Position numbers and translations under genes: made by a program. The notes under the pieces are model-generated. The model ran no database searches. It was given only the letters and a program-made list of their open reading frames with translations, and was not told the DNA's origin. From positions 1 to 64,000 of the IMG/VR virus record IMGVR_UViG_3300041964_000072: a stretch of 64,000 nt of DNA. The stretch is one strand, 5' to 3'. Numbering within the stretch: the stretch's first letter is position 1; the number at the start of each line of letters is the position of its first letter. This stretch comes from a virus. This document shows positions 45,032 through 53,068 of the stretch, piece by piece.

Positions 45032-46228
45032 TTAATTAACGGTCTGAGCGTAGAGTAGCTTGGGATTCAAGAACACGGGAAGAAAAGTCATAACTGTCAA
45101 CGTCTCATCGAGTGGCGGTTGCTTTTGCTTCTCATGAGTGAGGACGTATACGCCTGTTTTTGGCATAGGCATACTGCCGTCACCAACAATAGTAGATGAG
45201 CTTTCCATAGTTACACCAATAGCTCGAATACCCGATTCTTTCTTGATAAATACAAACGTATTGTCGTTAAGGAATCTGGCATTGATGATGTTTTTGTTCT
45301 CATCTTCCAGGTTGTAGCGGTCATCCACAATCTTGATATTAGGAATTCCTCTTGCTTCAAGAATGGAATTCAACATATCAACGGATACCGTTCCTACGGA
45401 CGATCCACGCACAGAAGTCGCTGCATCTTTGGTGGATTTTTGTTGCATCAAATGGTTGTGAAGTTTCCGGGACATAACAATATAGTCCGGAGGAAAACCG
45501 TTTGTGTCTATATAATTGTCGATGGCATTGTAGAGTACTTGGATACCATTTGCATGTTCATAATCCGACCAGCGATTGAGGGTGCCGTCAGCATTTCCTT
45601 TAGCAATTAATGCTCCTGGAAAATGATTATAAGTTGCTAACGGATTCTTATAATCTAGACGTAGATTCATCTGGGTTCGAGGGTCACGACCTAAATCTAC
45701 CCCACCCGTTTGAAGCACTTGCCAAGTCATGCTGTCAGCCCGATCCATTACTGACATTACAAGCTTTTTAACACTTCCAAAAAGGAACATTGCAAGGTCA
45801 TTATTTGCACCATTGACAACATTTCCGTTTGCATCTCTCTGGTCTTGAACTGTTACACCTTTGAGGTTTGCTAGTTGCATCGCCTCGTACATTTGCCACT
45901 GCAAATTCTCATCATAGAGGCGAGAAACACCGATTTTCGCCATCTCTGCGGTGACTTTTTTGAACTCACCAAATCCGACAGTTGGAATCTCTTGTCCATA
46001 GGCAACAAGACTCGCAACAGGATTTACATCATTAGCAAGTAGTCCTAAAAAGTTACGTGAAGAGTACTCCTTTACTGGAGCAGCATCCCCCAAAACATTA
46101 GAGCGAGTACGCAATTGTACAAGTGTTTCGTCTACAATAGCGTCTGTTTGTTTAGATACGAGTCGATCGTTTAAATATGATGCAATTAATGCCATGATTG
46201 AATAGCTTTTTGTATGTTTAAAGCGCAT
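45032..46228 (-). CDS. Major capsid protein (lambda gpE-like); likely start ATG 46195
   Basis: ASLVAYGQEIP, MTWQVLQTG, GFPPDYIVMS...L, FLNDNTFVF, TFLPVF pattern; follows the decoration gene. Confidence 0.85.
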   Translation of the reverse strand: MRFKHTKSYSIMALIASYLNDRLVSKQTDAIVDETLVQLRTRSNVLGDAAPVKEYSSRNFLGLLANDVNPVASLVAYGQEIPTVGFGEFKKVTAEMAKIGVSRLYDENLQWQMYEAMQLANLKGVTVQDQRDANGNVVNGANNDLAMFLFGSVKKLVMSVMDRADSMTWQVLQTGGVDLGRDPRTQMNLRLDYKNPLATYNHFPGALIAKGNADGTLNRWSDYEHANGIQVLYNAIDNYIDTNGFPPDYIVMSRKLHNHLMQQKSTKDAATSVRGSSVGTVSVDMLNSILEARGIPNIKIVDDRYNLEDENKNIINARFLNDNTFVFIKKESGIRAIGVTMESSSTIVGDGSMPMPKTGVYVLTHEKQKQPPLDETLTVMTFLPVFLNPKLLYAQTVN

Positions 46229-46311
46229 TCAAATCACGCTGAGAATAGAGCCTTGGAAGGTTAATTCTTTGGCTCTAAACTAGGCTTTCTATCTCTAAAG
46301 AAACTGAAAAA

Positions 46312-47166
46312 TTAGAAGCGGTATTGAACCTGGAGATTTGGTAAATCTTCAAGAATTGATTCATCCCAGTAAGGGAGACTACCTTGATATACAGACCCTT
46401 CCGTACCCAGACCCAAAGAAACAGAGTCACGAGCATTTGTTACATCAAACGATGATTCCAAAAGCCCATATACTCGCTCCACAGGAACGCCAACATTGAA
46501 GCCTACTGGAACTGCTACAGCAGCATTAGCATCAAGGACAATCTCTTCTTTTTCACCGTCTACAAAAAGAACCTTTCCAATTGGAGTTGGATTAGGAACT
46601 GTCGTAGCAGGGATAGTACCAAAAGCACCAGAGGGGGTAATTTGATAGGGAGTGTAGCCGTCTTTGACAATCACATAAAGAATGTTGCCCTCAGCCAAGA
46701 AACGGAAGATACGGCTAAGGTATGGAGAGCTGTTAAAGTACTCAGAAAAAGCAAGAGCCGCTTCTTGAGGGGTGCCGACTCCAGTAGGAGTAAATGTCAC
46801 ACTCCGTCCGTTAACCCTTAAGCCACCTTGACCCGTACCAGTAATAGTAAATTGGGCAAAAGCTTCATGGATCGTAAGCTCATCACCAGCGACAAACACA
46901 TAGGGGTAGCCCACCTTGAAACGGTTTGTCGTAAGGGTTACTGGAGTGGACACTTTTCCACGAGGAAGTAAGCGCTCTACCAACTCCCCAGTAATTGTTT
47001 TGATATGCGCTCCAAACATTCCAGCGGGAACCGCTTTGCTACCATTTTTATCAGCCGAAATAAATTTTCGATCAATAGTGATGCTATTGGGGTGCCGAAT
47101 TCCGTGGCTAAATGCCCAGATAGGTTTTTGGGAGTTATATGAATCGTGAATAGTAAAATGAGGCAT
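46312..47166 (-). CDS. Head decoration/cement protein
   Basis: KAVPAGMF..., GSVYQGSLPYWD; position between scaffold and capsid. Confidence 0.6.
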   Translation of the reverse strand: MPHFTIHDSYNSQKPIWAFSHGIRHPNSITIDRKFISADKNGSKAVPAGMFGAHIKTITGELVERLLPRGKVSTPVTLTTNRFKVGYPYVFVAGDELTIHEAFAQFTITGTGQGGLRVNGRSVTFTPTGVGTPQEAALAFSEYFNSSPYLSRIFRFLAEGNILYVIVKDGYTPYQITPSGAFGTIPATTVPNPTPIGKVLFVDGEKEEIVLDANAAVAVPVGFNVGVPVERVYGLLESSFDVTNARDSVSLGLGTEGSVYQGSLPYWDESILEDLPNLQVQYRF

Positions 47167-47236
47167 AAGTTTAGAGCAAAAAAGAAGGAATTAAAGCTCT
47201 AATTATTGCTTTGCCTATACTTCAATAAAAGGTGGA

Positions 47237-48268
47237 TTAATTAAGGAAACCTTGCTCTTTGTAGAGTTCCATGTTGCGACGGGCTTGCTCCTCAAGGCTG
47301 TCAGAAAACTCAGCCTCTTCATACAGTTCTGGAGATTCATGTGAAAGTTGCCCATTAGGAAAGATTTCACCACGAGAGCCGAGTACCTTTAAAGCGTACT
47401 GGATGCACATTAAATGTGTATCAATGTCCATATCGTTGGACTCAGTAGCGGCTGCAAACAGTCCGATCTTATCTCTATCAAGAGCATCAGGTAAGTCACC
47501 AAATAAAGCATCGAATTCTACAGGAAACATCAACCGTGCTTCAACCATATCTTCGGCATGTTGCACAAGTTCATCAAGCTGATCTTTTACTGCTTGTTGT
47601 ACCTGAAATTCTGCTAGTTGATTCTGTACTTCCATCAACTCGCTACGATATTGAGCGGTTTCGTCGTCTTCAACAAGGACATATTCATCCTCGTCATCGA
47701 ACTCCTCATCACCCATGTCCTCGTCATATTCTGCCTCGAATTCGTCTTCATAATCATCAGAAATCTCGAATAGATCATCGAGATATTCAATTTCATCTTC
47801 TGATTCAGCAAGATCATTACGGGCTTCAAGAGCTAAGGTTTGGAATCCGATATAAGCATCTTCATCCTCTGAAGTAGCTTCAAAGGCAGAAGCTAGTTGA
47901 TCTACCAATTCTGCATCGGGAATAACTTCACCTGTGACCAATGCCAAGATAGCTTCTGGCTCATATCCGGTAATTTCGGATAAGGCGAGGACTCCTTCCT
48001 CACTATCTTCGTATTCCTCTTCAATCAGGCTTCCTAGTGAATGCCCAAAAGCGTTAGTTGCTGTGGCAGTAAATTCGGCAATATTTAGCATAGATTCGTT
48101 AAAATTAATGTCTTCAGGAGGTATTCTTTCGTTTAAATCAGTATGGGCTTGTAGCCGATATTCTTTAGCCGACACTGCATCTAAAATACCCCTTTGCTCA
48201 GCTAAATTGATATTACTTAAAGTTGTGTTGAAAAGTTCTTGATGATATTCTGGAGAGTTGATTTCCAT
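47237..48268 (-). CDS. Acidic scaffold-like protein with an XRE-like HTH segment
   Basis: Extremely D/E-rich, coiled coil, position upstream of decoration/capsid. Confidence 0.6.
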   Translation of the reverse strand: MEINSPEYHQELFNTTLSNINLAEQRGILDAVSAKEYRLQAHTDLNERIPPEDINFNESMLNIAEFTATATNAFGHSLGSLIEEEYEDSEEGVLALSEITGYEPEAILALVTGEVIPDAELVDQLASAFEATSEDEDAYIGFQTLALEARNDLAESEDEIEYLDDLFEISDDYEDEFEAEYDEDMGDEEFDDEDEYVLVEDDETAQYRSELMEVQNQLAEFQVQQAVKDQLDELVQHAEDMVEARLMFPVEFDALFGDLPDALDRDKIGLFAAATESNDMDIDTHLMCIQYALKVLGSRGEIFPNGQLSHESPELYEEAEFSDSLEEQARRNMELYKEQGFLN

Positions 48269-48314
48269 GAATTTCCTATTAATTTAATTTTATTATAATG
48301 AAGCGCTATTTGGC

Positions 48315-48692
48315 TTATTTTGTCTTATTTTTTAGTCTTTTTCTAATCTTATTTGCTGCTGTAGCTCCTAATCCTAAGCCCAATCCAGTGATAGCTAACT
48401 TGCTTTGTAGGGGGGTATTTAGGTTTAAAGCGATTCCTTTTTTCAATGCTCTAGACTGTTTTCCAATATTGCCAACTAGTCGATTATTGAACAATTTACT
48501 CTTACTGCTATCAGCAAATTTTTTTGCAGCTCTTGGAGTTTTTGCTGAACTTAGGATTGGGATTGTTGCCCCTATACCTGCTCCGGTTAACCCACCTAAC
48601 ATTAAGTCCGAAGAGGTTTTTACTGAAGCTGGTATATTACTTTTTTTGTTATCAGACTTTCGTATAAGGCGGAACTCGGAGAGTATATGCAT
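48315..48692 (-). CDS. Basic Gly-zipper [AS]xF-family protein
   Basis: ILSEF|RLIRK; LGGLTGAGIGA; LAITGLGLGLGA. Confidence 0.7.
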   Translation of the reverse strand: MHILSEFRLIRKSDNKKSNIPASVKTSSDLMLGGLTGAGIGATIPILSSAKTPRAAKKFADSSKSKLFNNRLVGNIGKQSRALKKGIALNLNTPLQSKLAITGLGLGLGATAANKIRKRLKNKTK

Positions 48693-48746
48693 GGGGAAAG
48701 TAGATGTGTTATAGAAAAAATCAAACCTTAACCATATCTTTTGAAA

Positions 48747-49295
48747 TTACTTTTTTTGATACATCTTTGCTTTCTTGGCTGCTTCTCTTTGTGCCCGTTT
48801 TGCTGCGGCTTCAGCCTTCTTCTGTTTATTATTCTTGCTCAATAGGGAAGTAGAAGATTTCTTACTGGACGCTGGTGCTACCACGGCTACCGTTGGCTTA
48901 GCTGATGGTGTAGGTTTAGGGGCACCCATAACCATGTTCCAGCCTTTATTCCCCATTGGAGTATTCATAGGAACAGTTCCACCAGGACTGTTACCGAAAG
49001 TCATGTTCCAACCCTTGTTACCTCCCATAGGGACAGTAATAGGAGTTGGAGGAGCCGCTTTTTTGGCTCTCCGACCTATCTTAGAAAGCGCTCCTAAAAT
49101 AGCACCTCTATTTCTGTAGCCTAATGCACCGACTCCGGCTACTCCTCCTACGACACCAGCAGCAGTTATACCTTTGCGAACAGCACGTTTACGTTTATCT
49201 TTCGATCCTTTGCGCCGAAAAAAGTCTGCGTAGGAATCAGAGTATGAGTAAGTTAAGTCAGCCATAATTGCAGTGAATAAATTAATGTATGTCAC
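48747..49295 (-). CDS. Basic Gly-zipper [AS]xF-family protein with two GWN repeats (likely start 49265)
   Basis: YADF|FRRKGSKDKRKR; GVVGGVAGVGALG. Confidence 0.75.
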   Translation of the reverse strand: MTYINLFTAIMADLTYSYSDSYADFFRRKGSKDKRKRAVRKGITAAGVVGGVAGVGALGYRNRGAILGALSKIGRRAKKAAPPTPITVPMGGNKGWNMTFGNSPGGTVPMNTPMGNKGWNMVMGAPKPTPSAKPTVAVVAPASSKKSSTSLLSKNNKQKKAEAAAKRAQREAAKKAKMYQKK

Positions 49296-49336
49296 TACAA
49301 TCTAAGAATTAGTGAAATATGTTTTCTAACTAAGTT

Positions 49337-49750
49337 TTATCGTCCCATCGTGACATTCCAGCCACGATTGCCCATCATGTTATTCATAGATGTAGAAGGT
49401 CTTGCCCCTCCCATTGAAACATTCCATCCTTTAGATCCCATCATTGTATTTGTGGAAGTAGATGGAGGATTTCCACTGGTTCTGTTACTGGGCTTCCCAC
49501 TGATATTAACGTTAGATTTTTTGGAGCCTTTCTTACCTCTTTTCATAGCGTTTCTTGCCTTCCGACCAAGCTTAGAAAGGGCACCAGAAATAGCGCCTCT
49601 ATTTTTATAAGCGGCAACTCCGGCAAGTCCAGCTAATGCACCACCACCAGCGATCCCTACCCCTGTTCGGATATTCCGATTTCTGCGCTGCTTGTCTCTG
49701 GCTCCTTTGGTACGGTAAAAATCTGCGTATGCGTCTGCGTAAGTATACAT
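49337..49750 (-). CDS. Paralogue of 48747..49295 with two GWN repeats
   Basis: YADF|YRTKGARDKQRR; shared NRGAI.GALSK.GR.A. Confidence 0.75.
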   Translation of the reverse strand: MYTYADAYADFYRTKGARDKQRRNRNIRTGVGIAGGGALAGLAGVAAYKNRGAISGALSKLGRKARNAMKRGKKGSKKSNVNISGKPSNRTSGNPPSTSTNTMMGSKGWNVSMGGARPSTSMNNMMGNRGWNVTMGR

Positions 49751-49815
49751 AAGTGATTGTGTGAATAGGTTGATGAATTAATCTAATGGTTGTTATTTAT
49801 CCAAAGGGAATTGTT

Positions 49816-51414
49816 TTATTCCAAGTTTTTATTTTTCTTAGGTCTACCTCGCTTCTTTTTAGGAGCAGGAGCGGGAGCGGGAGGAGTTCCCATAGTGGTA
49901 TTCCATCCACGACTACCCATTTGCATAGGAGCGGGTGCTGGTGTGGCAACAGCTATTGGCTTGGAAGGTGCCCTAGCTGGAGTAGGTGCTGCTGGGGGTT
50001 TACCCATAGTCATGTTCCATCCCCGATTGCCCATAGCCGTAGGAGCGGGAGGCGCTACTGGAGATTGCCCCATATTTACGTTCCAGCCTTTATTCCCCAT
50101 AGCTGTAGGAGTGGCGGGAGCGAGAGCAGCAGGAGCAGCGGGGTTAGCTCTTATTTTGCGTCCTCTTCCAGATGGAGTGCTTTTCTTGCCTCTCAATAAC
50201 TGTTTTCCTCGTACAAGGTCTTTTCGGAGGGTTCGATTAGCCTGGAATCCACCCCCCTTTACTGCATTCGCACCAGCTCCAAGCGAACCAAGTACCCCTG
50301 TCCCCGACTTCCTTGCACCTTGAAAACCTGTTTTTGCTAGTCCTGCTGATTTTGCGATCGCTTTACCAATCCCGTAGCGACCTCCAAGACCGATCGCAGC
50401 AGCTCCCAGTCCTACACCAGCAGCTACTTTTGCAGCATTGCCTACAACACTACTTTTTTTCCTCCGCTGCCACGGAAACTCATAGAAGTCTGCATAATAC
50501 AGATCTTCGATTTCATCCATTGTGAAAGCGGCTAAGACTTGATCATTTTGAGAGAATCTTCCTTGATATGCCATAGGTGAGGGAGGTTGGTTTATAGGGG
50601 TTTGCATCTGTTGTTGCATTTCCTGCTCATAATCAGCATCTCTTTGCAAGGGAAGGTATTCGGGTAGAGTTTCTTGGAATTCGTTTAGCACTTGTTGGTA
50701 GTAGATTTCTCTGCTTTGTCCTTGCAATTCTTGATCAGAGAGATTAGTAATGTTATCTACTACGTCATATAAAGTGTCTAGTAGTTTATGACCTTCCTCC
50801 CTCATCCCATCAAGCTCAGCAGATTCGGCAAGAGCGTCTGATAAAGTCAGTGCGCTCATAAAGTGGGCTAACTGCTCCTTACGCCTGGAAAATAGAGTTG
50901 CTTGAGATAATGCGCCAATCCCTACCAAAGATAACTCTCTGATAACATTTTGGGCAAAATCTACACCACAAGATACTGTTTTTCCAATACCATTTTTAAG
51001 TTTTTGTATTACGGCAGGGTCTTTGATTTTGGCAGCATTACAGAAGATTCCATAACGTCCGATTAAATTTTTTAATTTAGGCTTTTGAGCGACATCATAT
51101 TCATTGATAATCCTAGCTTCCAATGGTTCATCAATAATGCCGACAGCGCTATCAATATCTTTCTGATGTTCCTTAAAAATACTGATGTCGGATTCTTCAA
51201 GAAATTCATTTGTATTCTCTACTATTTCTTGAATATCATCAGCAGTTACAATCCAAGTCCTACCTTTAGAATCCTTGTGTCCGACATCATCGCTTTCATA
51301 AAAAATAAGACCTGACTGGACAAGTTCTTCAGGACTTTCTTCAACAGTAGTAGCAAATGAGGCGCATTGTAATGGTTGTATTTGGGCTACGGGGACGTGT
51401 CTTCGTTTTGCCAT
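49816..51414 (-). CDS. Mu gpI-like prohead protease fused to a basic Gly-zipper/GWN-repeat module
   Basis: GHKDSKGRTWIVTADDI..IVEN...IFKEHQ...AVG...VSCG...ELSLVG N-terminal domain; C-terminal YADF module. Confidence 0.75.
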   Translation of the reverse strand: MAKRRHVPVAQIQPLQCASFATTVEESPEELVQSGLIFYESDDVGHKDSKGRTWIVTADDIQEIVENTNEFLEESDISIFKEHQKDIDSAVGIIDEPLEARIINEYDVAQKPKLKNLIGRYGIFCNAAKIKDPAVIQKLKNGIGKTVSCGVDFAQNVIRELSLVGIGALSQATLFSRRKEQLAHFMSALTLSDALAESAELDGMREEGHKLLDTLYDVVDNITNLSDQELQGQSREIYYQQVLNEFQETLPEYLPLQRDADYEQEMQQQMQTPINQPPSPMAYQGRFSQNDQVLAAFTMDEIEDLYYADFYEFPWQRRKKSSVVGNAAKVAAGVGLGAAAIGLGGRYGIGKAIAKSAGLAKTGFQGARKSGTGVLGSLGAGANAVKGGGFQANRTLRKDLVRGKQLLRGKKSTPSGRGRKIRANPAAPAALAPATPTAMGNKGWNVNMGQSPVAPPAPTAMGNRGWNMTMGKPPAAPTPARAPSKPIAVATPAPAPMQMGSRGWNTTMGTPPAPAPAPKKKRGRPKKNKNLE

Positions 51415-51420
51415 AAGTGC

Positions 51421-53064
51421 TTAAGGTAATGGCACTCGATAGTTTCCCGTGAAAACATTTGGTTTGCTTCGGTGCTTTTGTTTTTTATATGCAGAAAATA
51501 ATACTAAGCTATCTGATTTCAATTCTATATCTTTTATAAGGTTTATGGGGTACTTACTAAACTGTCCTTTACGCTGTTTTTCTAATAATCTTTGTTCTAG
51601 ACTTTTATTTAATTCTTTAATGTCTTTTCTGAGCTTAGCCTGTTTTTCAGCGATTTCTCTTTGAGATAAGGTGTTGCCTTTTCCTACCTCTTTTTCTATT
51701 GTCGCAATCTGTTTTTTGATAGCCTCTTGAGTAAGTTCGATACTCTCTTTTGCTTGAGGTGTTTTTGCTTTTTGTGCGGCAAGTTCTAGATTACCAAGGG
51801 TTCTATCCCAACGAAAAACATCTTTATTGTTTAGTTGTCCTAATTCTTTTCGCTTCTTGACAATATCTTTGTAAATCTGCATTTTTCTGATCATATTACC
51901 TCTCGATGCATTGATCTGTCGGGTAACATTCTCTCGATAATTCCGAGAACGATCATTGATCAGAGGTATAACCGATGCTTTCTCTTTGGCTGTGATTAGT
52001 TTTGTATGCTTTAGCCGATCATGGATAGGTACATCGGATACATACGATTTCAAACCTCTACCCAAACGTCGATATACACCGACACCATCGGTACGGTAGG
52101 AAGCCTCGGATAATAGTTTGCTGTATTTTCGTTTATCATCTTTGGAGATATTGGTCAAATCCATGATCTCCAGATGCTTGTCAAACCCTTGGTCGTAATT
52201 TACATTACCCTTTTTTTGACTTGTTCTGGGTGGGTTTTGTAATGGGTTTCCGCTAACATCTCGGATAATACGTCCTCTGGAATCCCGATAAATATCTGGA
52301 ACGTTCTCATCTAAGGTTTCAAACAATTGATTTGCCTTGGCTTCTAGTTTTTTGGCTTCTGCTTGAAGGGCTTTTCTTTGTCCATAAGTAATGTTTGGGT
52401 CTTGAAGAATATTCCCAATCTCCCCTGCTCGTTCTTGCAGCTCTGATAGTTCCTTACTCAGAACCTTTGTTTTGCCTTCAGGAGTCCTGGGAGTCCGCTT
52501 GGGGGGAGGAGAGATAACTGGAGAAGAGGGGATCGCCTCAATCGCTGACGTAGGGGCAACCGGAGTAGGAGCAGTGCTGACTTCCGGGATCTCGTTTATT
52601 ACCTTTTGGAGGTTCGGGGTAGGCGTACTTGGCGTACCTTTGTTAACTGTAATAATTCGAGGTTTGCCTCTCCTAGCTTTTGCCGCTGCTGGTGCTACAG
52701 GCACTCTAGGCACAGGAGAAGGTGATGGAGGTAGATTTATGGCAGGAGGAGCTGACGGAGGTAAGTTAATAACAGGAGAAGTTACACGCACATTTACAGC
52801 AGGTGTAGGAAGTGCCTGTAGTATCGCTGCGGTTTCTTTTTTTGATACATTCTGCGATCGCCTCAATACCGAAGCGGCTTGTTTGAAGCCCTTTCTGCTT
52901 CCCAGTAAATATGCTCCGGTTATACCTGTTCCGACAAGTCCAGTAACTCCCGCTCCGAGAAGAAAACCCTTTTTTCTGTCATTAGCTCTACGGGAATGTC
53001 TCCTAACAGTAGAAAATCCTTTTCCAGTGCGACGGAGATAGGACTTTACTTCCTTTTTATTCAT
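51421..53064 (-). CDS. Basic motif-TM-Pro-rich-coiled-coil protein
   Basis: EVKSYLRRTGKGFSTVRRHSR; GFLLGAGVTGLVGTGITGAYLLG; Pro-rich linker. Confidence 0.75.
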   Translation of the reverse strand: MNKKEVKSYLRRTGKGFSTVRRHSRRANDRKKGFLLGAGVTGLVGTGITGAYLLGSRKGFKQAASVLRRSQNVSKKETAAILQALPTPAVNVRVTSPVINLPPSAPPAINLPPSPSPVPRVPVAPAAAKARRGKPRIITVNKGTPSTPTPNLQKVINEIPEVSTAPTPVAPTSAIEAIPSSPVISPPPKRTPRTPEGKTKVLSKELSELQERAGEIGNILQDPNITYGQRKALQAEAKKLEAKANQLFETLDENVPDIYRDSRGRIIRDVSGNPLQNPPRTSQKKGNVNYDQGFDKHLEIMDLTNISKDDKRKYSKLLSEASYRTDGVGVYRRLGRGLKSYVSDVPIHDRLKHTKLITAKEKASVIPLINDRSRNYRENVTRQINASRGNMIRKMQIYKDIVKKRKELGQLNNKDVFRWDRTLGNLELAAQKAKTPQAKESIELTQEAIKKQIATIEKEVGKGNTLSQREIAEKQAKLRKDIKELNKSLEQRLLEKQRKGQFSKYPINLIKDIELKSDSLVLFSAYKKQKHRSKPNVFTGNYRVPLP

Positions 53065-53068
53065 AATT

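Noticed and set aside
48747-50400. GWN-repeat proteins as multi-core RiPP precursors (Trp-Asn cores)
   Set aside because: No radical SAM, YcaO, lanthipeptide or transporter genes in the window, and the repeats are fused to a prohead protease in a capsid operon.
49790-53041. Long plus-strand ORFs 49790..50323 and 52472..53041 (also 60412..60993, 29282..29782, 32925..33371)
   Set aside because: They are antisense shadows of Pro/Gly-rich or repetitive minus-strand genes, with no RBS or recognisable domains.
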